Below the pieces are notes generated by a model, which worked only from the letters and a program-made list of their open reading frames with translations, did not search any database and was not told the DNA's origin. Shown in pieces: positions 47,664-55,693 of a stretch of 64,000 nt of DNA (its first letter is position 1; every line of letters begins with the position of its first letter). Source of the DNA: Parvibaculaceae bacterium. GTDB lineage: Bacteria; Pseudomonadota; Alphaproteobacteria; Parvibaculales; Parvibaculaceae. The position numbers and the translations under genes are program-made. The stretch covers positions 65,982 to 129,981 of the forward strand of contig JARGNZ010000001.1 in the NCBI GenBank assembly GCA_029209985.1, read 5' to 3'.

Positions 47664-48001
47664 TGTTTCGCATTTGACAGCCACAGTAGCCCCCTTTAGG
47701 TCATTTTCGCCTGTGTTGTTAGGCAGTGGGTGAAGGCGTCTGATTTGGCGCTTTCTTCGGTTAACATAGGCATGTTGCCCGATTTGTCACGTCCCTATAA
47801 GGGGCGAATTGCCCCAGTTGAATGATTTTTGTCTTTATAGGCGAAGGGGCTGCCTTTTTGGGCGTGTTGGCTATGTATTTGTCCTTTTTGCTAGATGACT
47901 TTCTCCAATAAATGCTTACGTAGGGGCGGCAGGTGGTTGACGGCTGGTTTTGACAGATGAGCACTTGCGGTACGTGGTTTCCGCTTTTAATGTTGTGGGA
48001 G

Positions 48002-48029
48002 GGCACCTTATGGAGGTGCCTTTTGCTTT
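48002..48029 (+). promoter_or_regulatory. hairpin plus U-tract enclosing the SD/start codon of the downstream ORF
   Basis: GGCACCT-TATGG-AGGTGCC followed by TTTTGCTTT. The ATG at 48010 is in the loop, and the SD GGGAGGG (47997-48003) runs into the 5' arm. Confidence 0.35.
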
Positions 48030-48840
48030 GAGGGGCGAGGTGGTCAGGTCATCTCGAATATGTATGTTTCAGTTTCAAGATGTTTCCATTCAGCTTAGCA
48101 CTCATGGGGAAAAGGCACAGGTTCAGGACCAAGCTTGGTTCGCAGATGTGCCTGCTTTTCTTGAGGGGTTGGTTGGAGACTGGCAAAGCGATGAAGAGCT
48201 TTTGTCTGCGCGGGGGGTAGACGCGCTGCCGCGTGGAATGCTCGGACGGACTGTGGCTGAAGCTGCGCGTAATGTGCATCAAGCTTTGCGTGTGACTGAC
48301 CCTTCCAGTCTGCCGACGATTGCGGACAGTTATCGGGGAGCGGTTGTTGACCTTATGATGGAGCATGTGCCTGACGATGTGCCGGTACTTGTGAAAGTGG
48401 GCGATGTTGCTCGTTTCCGATTGGTTGGCGACAGTACGCTTGAACAAATAGGCGCAGATGATGCGGCTCTTCTCTTTGAGTCTGTTCGGGGACTGGAAGT
48501 GCCAATCCATGCGGGCGCGGTTGGTGTTGGGGGCGCTCGGTGTGAAGATTTTACCGACGGGGTCGCCGATGCGATTGCCTTGGTTGGCGGTGGGGCCGCG
48601 ACCACGGCTTACGGGTTGAAGGTGCTGCATACTCAAATGTCGGCGGCAAGTCAGGGATTTGATGGTACGGATGTGGACCAAATTTGGTTCCTGCTGTCAC
48701 GGGGTGTGAAAACCGTCTCCATGTTGCAAGCGGGTGGCTTGGTGCGTGCTGGGGCTTTATCCTTACGCGGGCGTGGGCGTTTGGTGGGGCCGCTCAGCGG
48801 CGATCATATGCTGCGATTTGGTGTTTCTGACTGGCGATAG
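48010..48840 (+). CDS. hypothetical protein (no recognisable family)
   Basis: Long ORF (47950 TTG..48840) with Asp/Val/Gly/Ala-rich, coding-like composition. The ATG at 48010 has the best SD, and the ATG at 48064 is also possible. The antisense ORF 48049..48681 has Arg/His/Cys-rich junk composition. Confidence 0.5.
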   Translation: MEVPFALRGEVVRSSRICMFQFQDVSIQLSTHGEKAQVQDQAWFADVPAFLEGLVGDWQSDEELLSARGVDALPRGMLGRTVAEAARNVHQALRVTDPSSLPTIADSYRGAVVDLMMEHVPDDVPVLVKVGDVARFRLVGDSTLEQIGADDAALLFESVRGLEVPIHAGAVGVGGARCEDFTDGVADAIALVGGGAATTAYGLKVLHTQMSAASQGFDGTDVDQIWFLLSRGVKTVSMLQAGGLVRAGALSLRGRGRLVGPLSGDHMLRFGVSDWR

Positions 48841-48848
48841 GAAATGAT

Positions 48849-49316
48849 ATGGGCTGTTCTATAGTGCTTCGTGAAGATGACTTGTGCGGTCCTGATATTG
48901 AAGCTTTGCTGGCAATTCATTTGGACAATGCGGCGCAGCACTCTCCGCCAGAAAGTGTGCACGCCTTGGATATGGCGGCCCTGCGTGCCTCCGACATTAC
49001 TTTTTGGACTGCATGGCAGGGAAGTAACCTGCTTGGGTGTGGTGCTCTAAAGGAATTGGAGGCTGGGCATGGAGAAATTAAATCCATGCATACGGTTGAG
49101 GCTCACCGAGGCAAGGGGATTGCCAGTTTACTTGTGGCGCAGATTCTTCAAGCCGCTGCATCGCGGTCGTATAAACGGGTCAGCCTTGAAACAGGTTCAA
49201 TGGCGGCTTATGCCCCTGCACGCGGGTTATATAGACATTTCGGTTTTGAAGAATGTGCCCCATTTGGTGAGTATGAGGCCGACCCCCACAGCTTTTTTAT
49301 GACGCGACTTATTTGA
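48849..49316 (+). CDS. GNAT-family N-acetyltransferase
   Basis: 155 aa. ...EIKSMHTVEAHRGKGIASLLV... (acetyl-CoA motif A R/Q-x-x-G-x-G/A) and YRHFGFEE. Confidence 0.85.
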   Translation: MGCSIVLREDDLCGPDIEALLAIHLDNAAQHSPPESVHALDMAALRASDITFWTAWQGSNLLGCGALKELEAGHGEIKSMHTVEAHRGKGIASLLVAQILQAAASRSYKRVSLETGSMAAYAPARGLYRHFGFEECAPFGEYEADPHSFFMTRLI

Positions 49317-49408
49317 GGCACCGCCTTTTTACTTCCTTTGAGTGTGGATTAAGCTAGGTATCGAGCGGGTTTTTGGGTATGCTTTTTGAAAAATAAAGGG
49401 AGAGAGCC

Positions 49409-50029
49409 ATGGGCATTTATGAAAAATATGTTGTGCCGAAAATTATTGAAGCGGCGTGCGGTGTGGGGCCCATTGCTAAGCAGCGGGCAAAAGTTGTTCC
49501 GATGGCTGAGGGGCGAGTGCTGGAAATTGGTATCGGCACCGGACATAATTTAGAATTTTACGATCCTTCCAAAATTGAAAAAGTTATTGGACTTGATCCG
49601 TCTACGGAATCTTGGAAAATTGCCGGTGAGCGGGCTAAAAATTTGCCATTTGATGTTGAGTTTATTGGCTTGCCTGGCGAAGAAATTCCGTTGGAAGCCA
49701 ACAGCGTTGATACCGTCATGATGACTTTTTCTTTATGCACTATTCCGGGTACCCAACAGGCTTTGGAAGGCATGCGCCGGGTTTTACGTCCCGGTGGCCG
49801 GCTGATTTTCTGTGAGCATGGGGCGGCCCCTGATGCGGCTGTGCGCAAATGGCAGGATCGGATTAATCCTGTGTGGAAACCAGTGTTCGGTGGGTGCCAT
49901 ATCAATCGCGAAATCCCTCGGCTGATTGAAGAGGGTGGCTTTGGCATCGAGAAAATGGACAGTATGTTTTTGCCTAAGACGATCAAAATCGCGGGCTTTA
50001 ACTATTGGGGCACTGCGGTTGCCCGTTAA
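49409..50029 (+). CDS. class I SAM-dependent methyltransferase
   Basis: VLEIGIGTGHNL (motif I), VDTVMMTFSLCTI and LRPGGRLIFCEH. Confidence 0.88.
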   Translation: MGIYEKYVVPKIIEAACGVGPIAKQRAKVVPMAEGRVLEIGIGTGHNLEFYDPSKIEKVIGLDPSTESWKIAGERAKNLPFDVEFIGLPGEEIPLEANSVDTVMMTFSLCTIPGTQQALEGMRRVLRPGGRLIFCEHGAAPDAAVRKWQDRINPVWKPVFGGCHINREIPRLIEEGGFGIEKMDSMFLPKTIKIAGFNYWGTAVAR

Positions 50030-50035
50030 AATGAT

Positions 50036-50070
50036 GCTGTTCTGTTGGCGTGTAACGCGAACAGAACAGC
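50036..50070. terminator. hairpin between the convergent methyltransferase and lipoprotein genes
   Basis: GCTGTTCTGTT-13 nt-AACAGAACAGC has an 11-bp perfect stem but no strong T-run. Confidence 0.4.
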
Positions 50071-50113
50071 ACCTATCAACCCAATATACTGTGTGCCTCT
50101 GATCGGCTGCTTT

Positions 50114-50326
50114 CTAATCCTTGTCTTCGTCGTCATCATCGCTGTCGGGAATAACCATATCGACAGCGCCCGTTGTCACATCTACTGCCGTGCCGACAAC
50201 GCCGGTTGTGACGTCTACAGCTGTTCCCACAATCTCAGCGGCGACACATGCGTTCAAGGTGAATGCGATGAAACACATGCCGAGCAACTTGGTGAGTGTG
50301 CGTAGGGGATTGAATCTATTTGTCAT
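50114..50326 (-). CDS. 70-aa lipoprotein with a tandem 11-residue repeat and a polyacidic tail
   Basis: MTNRFNPLRTLTKLLGMCFIAFTLNAC (signal peptide plus L-N-A-C lipobox), then VGTAVDVTTGV/VGTAVDVTTGA, then DSDDDDEDKD. Confidence 0.55.
   Translation of the reverse strand: MTNRFNPLRTLTKLLGMCFIAFTLNACVAAEIVGTAVDVTTGVVGTAVDVTTGAVDMVIPDSDDDDEDKD
50165..50230 (-). repeat. 2 x 33-nt in-frame tandem repeat inside the small lipoprotein gene
   Basis: The units at 50165-50197 and 50198-50230 encode VGTAVDVTTG(A/V). They share 10 of 11 residues but only about 73% of nucleotides. Confidence 0.7.
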
Positions 50327-50429
50327 GACGTCTCCTATGGTTGCTTTTGTCCTGACAGATAGAGATTACAAAATTGCTAATGTGCGCGGCATGCAGCTTG
50401 CCCGGCTGGGGTCGTGGTCTTTCGTGCCT

Positions 50430-51662
50430 TTAGTCGGCAGGCGTTGCAAGGGGAGCAGGCTTATGCCAAATCAATTCATTTCCCGGTTGCGGCACATGAG
50501 GAATGAGACGCGCAAGGACAAGTGATATAGCCGCCATGCCTGCACCTAATAGAAAGACAAGGCTTGGATCATAGAGCCAAATAAGGCCGAAGGTTGCGGG
50601 AATGAGAACGGCTGCGATGTGATTGATGGAAAAGGCGACACCAGCAGTTGGGGCAATGTCGGCGGGATCTGCGATTTTTTGGAAATAGGTTTTCATGGCG
50701 ATGGCCATGGCAAAGAACATATGGTCGATCACGTAGAAGGCGGCAGCCCATATTGCATCTTCGACAAAGGCATAGGCCACAAAAACTGGGATCAAGCCAA
50801 GGTATTCAAAGGTGAGGGCTTTGCGTTCTCCAAACCGGGAAATCATTTTTCCGATATAGGGGGCAATGAACATATTGAGAGCTTGGTTGATGAGGAAGAG
50901 TCCGGTGATGGCCGCAACGGAATAGCCAAACTTTTCGACCATCATGAAGCCTGCGAAGACAACGAAAATTTGTCGCCGGGCGCCTCCCATGAAGGTGAGA
51001 GAATAATACAGCCAGTAGCGTGGGCGCAGTACAAGGTGCTTGTGTTGTGGGGTGTGTGCTTCAAATTCTGGAAAGGCGCGCCACGCAACTAAAGCAATCA
51101 GCACAGTTATGGCACCACCGGCCAGATAGACCCATTTGTAATCCAGCTCTGCAAGGGTCCAGATTAGAAAGATCAAGCCGTAGGCAAGTAAGCTTGCAAA
51201 CCCTGCCATGGCAATGATGCGGCCCAGCATGACGGGCGCTTCCTTTTTGGGAAGCCATTGCAAGGTGAGGGACTGTTGTGCGGTTTCATAATAATGATAG
51301 CCAACAGACATGAGAACTGTTGTGCAGTACAGGCCAATCTCTGATGGGAAAAAGCCTGTTAACGCGGTTCCAATGCCCAATACGGCTAAAGAGAGGAGCG
51401 CAAAACGCTGCTCTTTTATGACCAGTAAGACAAAGACGAATGTGAAGGCAAGAAAACCAGGCACCTCGCGCAGGGACTGCAACATGCCCATTTCTGCGCC
51501 CGTGAAGGCGACACGTTCAATTGCGAAGTTGTTGAGGAGAGATTGCCACGTGGCAAATGAAAGAGGCACGCCCGCTGCCATGAGCAGTAGGAGCATCTCT
51601 GGACGTTTCCAGTCTTTTCGAGTGATTGATTTGAGCAAATCGCGCATGTGTTCTCTCTCCAT
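50430..51662 (-). CDS. MFS transporter
   Basis: 410 aa with about 12 hydrophobic helices and a central loop (...FPEFEAHTPQHKHLVLRPRYW...). Confidence 0.8.
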   Translation of the reverse strand: MEREHMRDLLKSITRKDWKRPEMLLLLMAAGVPLSFATWQSLLNNFAIERVAFTGAEMGMLQSLREVPGFLAFTFVFVLLVIKEQRFALLSLAVLGIGTALTGFFPSEIGLYCTTVLMSVGYHYYETAQQSLTLQWLPKKEAPVMLGRIIAMAGFASLLAYGLIFLIWTLAELDYKWVYLAGGAITVLIALVAWRAFPEFEAHTPQHKHLVLRPRYWLYYSLTFMGGARRQIFVVFAGFMMVEKFGYSVAAITGLFLINQALNMFIAPYIGKMISRFGERKALTFEYLGLIPVFVAYAFVEDAIWAAAFYVIDHMFFAMAIAMKTYFQKIADPADIAPTAGVAFSINHIAAVLIPATFGLIWLYDPSLVFLLGAGMAAISLVLARLIPHVPQPGNELIWHKPAPLATPAD

Positions 51663-51784
51663 CTTTGCCGGGAGTATAGCTAAGTTTTGGAAAAATTATA
51701 GAATTAGGCCCGTGGCCTGTGCTGTTACAAAAATGGCCCCCCAATTTCTTGGGGAGCCATTTGAGATGTTTATAGAACCAATGT

Positions 51785-52966
51785 TTACGCGCGCGAGAGT
51801 TCTCTCATGGCGCCGTCTAGCCCTTCAATGGTGAGAGGGAACATACGGTCCGCGAAGATCTGTTGAATGATCTGGGTGGACGGTGTGTATTCCCAATGCT
51901 TTTCTGCCATTGGATTGAGCCAAATAGCGCTCTCGTAGACTTGCTGAAGGCGCTCGAGCCAAATGCCACCGGGTTCTTCATTCCAGTGCTCAACGGAACC
52001 ACCTGCATAGGTGATCTCGTATGGGCTCATGGCAGCATCGCCAACAAAGATCACTTTGTAGTCATGGGGGTACTTATGGAGTACGTCCCATGTGTTCATG
52101 CGCTCGCCGTGGCGGCGGTGGTTGTCTTTCCAAACGTATTCGTACAGACAGTTATGGAAGTAGAAATATTCCATATTCTTAAACTCAGAGCGGGCTGCAG
52201 AGAACAGCTCTTCACACAGTTTAATATGACTATCCATAGAACCACCGACATCGAAGAAGATCAAAACATTGATCTTGTTCTTACGCTCGGGCACCATTTT
52301 GATGTCGAGGTACCCATGGCGTGCGGTTGCATTGATTGTATCGTCTAGGTCCAGCTCTGTGGGGTTGCCTGAGCGTGCAAATTTACGCAGGCGGCGCAAC
52401 GCCACTTTGATGTTGCGGGTGCCAAGCTCGACACTGTCGTCGAGGTTCTTGTATTCCCGTTTATCCCAAACTTTAACAGCCTTGCCGTGACGACCGTCTT
52501 TTTGGCCGATGCGGACACCTTCGGGATTGTAGCCATCTGCACCGAAAGGCGAGGTCCCGCCTGTGCCGATCCATTTGCTACCGCCCTCATGGCGTTCTTT
52601 TTGTTCCTCAAGGCGTTTTTGCAGCTCTTCCATGATCTTTTCCCAACCACCGAGGGCTTCAATTTGAGCCTTCTCTTCTTCGGTTAGGAATTTCTCAGTT
52701 AAAGATTTGAGCCACTCATCAGGGATTTCGGCAATGTTATCTTCATCGCCGAACCCTTCAATGCCTTTGAAAACCGATCCGAACACTTGATCAAATTTAT
52801 CAAGGTTACGTTCGTCCTTCACCAATGCGGAACGAGAGAGGAAATAGAAATCCTCAATTTTGCGCTCAATCACGTCACGGTCCAACGCTTCCAGCAGGGT
52901 CAGATATTCCCGCAGAGAAACTGGAATTTTGGCTGATCGTAATTCCTGAAAGAAATTAACAAACAT
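51785..52966 (-). CDS. VWA-domain protein (CoxE-like partner of MoxR ATPases)
   Basis: 393 aa. The C-terminal VWA has a MIDAS-like IFFDVGGSMDS (DxSxS-type) motif. It lies 11 nt downstream of a MoxR-type AAA gene. Confidence 0.75.
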   Translation of the reverse strand: MFVNFFQELRSAKIPVSLREYLTLLEALDRDVIERKIEDFYFLSRSALVKDERNLDKFDQVFGSVFKGIEGFGDEDNIAEIPDEWLKSLTEKFLTEEEKAQIEALGGWEKIMEELQKRLEEQKERHEGGSKWIGTGGTSPFGADGYNPEGVRIGQKDGRHGKAVKVWDKREYKNLDDSVELGTRNIKVALRRLRKFARSGNPTELDLDDTINATARHGYLDIKMVPERKNKINVLIFFDVGGSMDSHIKLCEELFSAARSEFKNMEYFYFHNCLYEYVWKDNHRRHGERMNTWDVLHKYPHDYKVIFVGDAAMSPYEITYAGGSVEHWNEEPGGIWLERLQQVYESAIWLNPMAEKHWEYTPSTQIIQQIFADRMFPLTIEGLDGAMRELSRA

Positions 52967-52977
52967 AGCTGTTCCTC

Positions 52978-53823
52978 CTAGTTGCGCTCCCGGCGTGCCA
53001 GGAATGCAAGACGCTCAAACAAGTGTACATCTTGTTCGTTTTTCAACAAAGCGCCGTGCAATGGTGGGATCAGCTTGGTTGGGTCTTTTTCACGCAGTGT
53101 TTCGAGCGTGATGTCTTCAACCATCAAGAGTTTGAGCCAATCGAGCAGCTCAGATGTTGAAGGCTTCTTCTTCAAGCCGGGTACTTCGCGGATTTCATAG
53201 AAGATTGACAAGGCATCTTTGACCAAGCGGTCTTTAATGTCTGGGAAGTGTACGTCCACGATTTTGCCCATCGTGTCATCATCAGGGAAGTTGATATAGT
53301 GGAAGAAACAACGACGAAGGAAAGCGTCTGGGAGTTCTTTTTCGTTGTTTGAGGTGATGATTACGATAGGGCGGTTGACCGCTTTAATCGTTTCACCCGT
53401 TTCGTAGACGAAAAATTCCATGCGGTCGAGCTCTTGGAGCAAGTCATTTGGAAATTCAATGTCGGCTTTATCAATTTCGTCGATGAGCAAAATGCACCGC
53501 TCAGGAGAGGTGAAGGCTTCCCAGAGTTTGCCTTTGTCGATGTAGTTGGAAATGTCTTTGACGCGCTCATCGCCAAGCTGACTGTCGCGCAGGCGGGACA
53601 CAGCATCATATTCATACAAGCCTTGTTGGGCTTTGGTTGTTGATTTGACGTGCCATGTGATCAAGTTCACATCGAGTGCTTTTGCGATTTGTTCCGCAAG
53701 CACAGTTTTACCGGTGCCTGGTTCCCCTTTAATGAGGAGAGGACGTTCCAATGCGATGGCTGCATTGACGGCAACGCGGAGGTCTTCGGTGGCGACGTAG
53801 TCTTTTGTTCCTTCGAACTTCAT
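52978..53823 (-). CDS. MoxR/CbbQ-NorQ-type AAA+ ATPase
   Basis: Walker A GEPGTGKT, Walker B ILLIDEIDKA, and ITSNNEKELPDAFLRRC (sensor and Arg finger) in 281 aa. Confidence 0.88.
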   Translation of the reverse strand: MKFEGTKDYVATEDLRVAVNAAIALERPLLIKGEPGTGKTVLAEQIAKALDVNLITWHVKSTTKAQQGLYEYDAVSRLRDSQLGDERVKDISNYIDKGKLWEAFTSPERCILLIDEIDKADIEFPNDLLQELDRMEFFVYETGETIKAVNRPIVIITSNNEKELPDAFLRRCFFHYINFPDDDTMGKIVDVHFPDIKDRLVKDALSIFYEIREVPGLKKKPSTSELLDWLKLLMVEDITLETLREKDPTKLIPPLHGALLKNEQDVHLFERLAFLARRERN

Positions 53824-54102
53824 TTTTCTTCTGTCCCTATTTGGCCTGTGAGGGCTTTATCTCAGTTACCAGTGGCAAGTTTCAGTTGGCAAGAAACTAG
53901 GGCGGTTGGGCGTTGGATTCAAGGTTGCGATCTTCTGTTCGCAAATTTGAAGACCCACCTTTGCATTCTTGGGGTTCTATTGGGCGGTCGAGCGTGCATT
54001 CCGCAGGGTCAAGGATCAGGTTGGGTCGGCGTGTTGGCTGAAAGTGCAGGGAAAATGGCAAGGGCTTTGATTTGCCCTTTTCTTTTGAGGGAAAGAATCT
54101 AT

Positions 54103-54137
54103 CGGCAGAAAGCGCCCCATGACCCGGCAAAAATTGC
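54103..54137 (+). promoter_or_regulatory. two CGGCA-RAAA-nnGC boxes, candidate enhancer (FlbD/NtrC-type activator) sites
   Basis: CGGCAGAAAGCGC (54103) and CGGCAAAAATTGC (54125) are spaced 22 bp apart, about 90-120 bp upstream of the sigma54 promoter. An AT-rich (IHF-like) tract lies between them and the promoter. Confidence 0.35.
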
Positions 54138-54222
54138 TCGTGAGGACGTGTTTTACCCTCCCTTTTTCGCCGAAACCCAAGATGTTTTTCTCTAACTCAT
54201 TGATTTTATTAAATATATTTTC

Positions 54223-54237
54223 TGGCACTGCTCTTGC
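54223..54237 (+). promoter_or_regulatory. sigma54 (-24/-12) promoter of the flgE-flgK-flgL operon
   Basis: TGGCAC-TGCTC-TTGC exactly matches the TGGCAC-N5-TTGC consensus, 55 nt upstream of the flgE ATG. Confidence 0.7.
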
Positions 54238-54291
54238 TCTTCCTAGACCAAACCCGAAGATTCCGCCTTTTGGCAGAGAATGGAGAGAAAA

Positions 54292-55650
54292 ATGAGTTTT
54301 GCAGGTGCAATGACTACCGCGGTGAATTCTATCCAAGCGCAATCAAGTGCGCTGGGACATATCTCGGACAATATTGCTAACTCATCGACCACTGGCTTTA
54401 AGCGCACTGACACAACCTTTTCGGAAGTTGTGACGGCCTCAGGCTCAAGTGTTCATTTGCCTGGCTCTGTTTCTGCGGTGCCGGCTTACACCAATTCGGT
54501 GCAGGGGGTGATCAATGGCTCTCAGATCGATACGCATATGTCCATCAACGGCGATGGGTTTTTTGTGGTCTCCGACAGCCTAGGCACAGTTGACGGCAAC
54601 GTCGTTTTTGATGGCACGGACTATTATACCCGGCGCGGTGACTTCTCGGTTGATGCAGATGGTTATCTGGTCAACGGCGGTGGATATTTTCTGCAAGGCT
54701 ATGCGGTGGACCCGGTTACGGGCAACACGACAGGGACTTTGCTGGAGCCGATTGAGGTTACGCAAGGGTTCTTGGCGGCGAATGGCACGACAACCATTGA
54801 TTATGAGTTGAACCTGCCAACGGTGCCCGAGACAGCTGTTTATGATAGCGCAATTGCAGGGAGTGATTTGCTCGCTTACGGGGCACCCTACAGTAATGAC
54901 CCAACGGCTGCGGGTGATGGGTTTGTGACAGCAACGGATGAGGATTCCTTCCTTGATCGCTCTATCTCTGGTGGTTCCATTACGACCTATGATGATGTGG
55001 GTAATGCGGTCGATGTTCAAATTCGATGGGCAAAGACGTCTGATGATAATTGGGAAATGTTCTATATGTCCGACGACACAGCGACGGGCGTAGATGCAAA
55101 ATGGACCAATGCGGGACAAAGTTATGCGTTTGATGGCACGGGCCAGTTGTCGCCTGCTGTTTCCTCTATCACGATCTCTGCTTTGACAATCAATGGCATT
55201 GTGATCGGTGACACTGTGTTTGATCACGGGGGCGGTGGGGTAACGCAATATGCGAACTCCCAAGGGAATGCGACCGTTAATAAGATTGATCAGAACGGAT
55301 ATGCTGCTGGCGAGTTGGTGGGTGTTTCCATCTCTAATGAAGGTCGCGTCGTGGGGAGTTATTCCAACGGTGAAACGTTTGACCTTGCAGAAATTGCAGT
55401 GGTTGATTTCAACAACCCTGATGGCCTGCAGAAAATGGACGGTACGGCTTATGCCGCGACGGAGGAATCTGGGGCAGCTCTGACGGGTGGGACCGGTGAC
55501 ATTGTCGGCTCTTCTTTGGAAGCCTCAAACGTTGATATTGCCGATGAGTTTACAAAGCTGATTGTCACCCAGCAGGCCTATACAGCCGGCACGCGGATTG
55601 TGACAACCGCTGATGAGATGATCCAAGAAACGCTCAATATGAAACGGTAA
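54292..55650 (+). CDS. flgE: flagellar hook protein FlgE
   Basis: MSFAGAMTTAVNSIQAQSSALGHISDNIANSSTTGFK (rod/hook N-terminal motif) and C-terminal VDIADEFTKLIVTQQAYTAGTRIVTTADEM. Confidence 0.93.
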   Translation: MSFAGAMTTAVNSIQAQSSALGHISDNIANSSTTGFKRTDTTFSEVVTASGSSVHLPGSVSAVPAYTNSVQGVINGSQIDTHMSINGDGFFVVSDSLGTVDGNVVFDGTDYYTRRGDFSVDADGYLVNGGGYFLQGYAVDPVTGNTTGTLLEPIEVTQGFLAANGTTTIDYELNLPTVPETAVYDSAIAGSDLLAYGAPYSNDPTAAGDGFVTATDEDSFLDRSISGGSITTYDDVGNAVDVQIRWAKTSDDNWEMFYMSDDTATGVDAKWTNAGQSYAFDGTGQLSPAVSSITISALTINGIVIGDTVFDHGGGGVTQYANSQGNATVNKIDQNGYAAGELVGVSISNEGRVVGSYSNGETFDLAEIAVVDFNNPDGLQKMDGTAYAATEESGAALTGGTGDIVGSSLEASNVDIADEFTKLIVTQQAYTAGTRIVTTADEMIQETLNMKR

Positions 55651-55693
55651 GTAATCGGAAGCTTTAAGTTGAAGTAGCCGATGGAGATGGAAT

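Noticed and set aside
47349-47699. Three plus-strand ORFs (116, 102 and 68 aa) opposite the chorismate mutase gene.
   Set aside because: The minus-strand product has the canonical AroQ signature. The plus-strand translations are Arg/Cys/Phe-rich.
48049-48681. 210-aa minus-strand ORF opposite the orphan gene 48010..48840.
   Set aside because: The composition is Arg/His/Asn/Cys-rich, typical of an antisense frame of a GC-rich third-position gene. The plus-strand frame has normal composition and an SD.
53650-54195. 181-aa plus-strand ORF spanning the AAA-ATPase 5' end and the flgE control region.
   Set aside because: It overlaps the well-supported MoxR gene on the other strand and runs through the promoter and enhancer DNA. 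The composition is implausible (Cys/Phe/Trp-rich).
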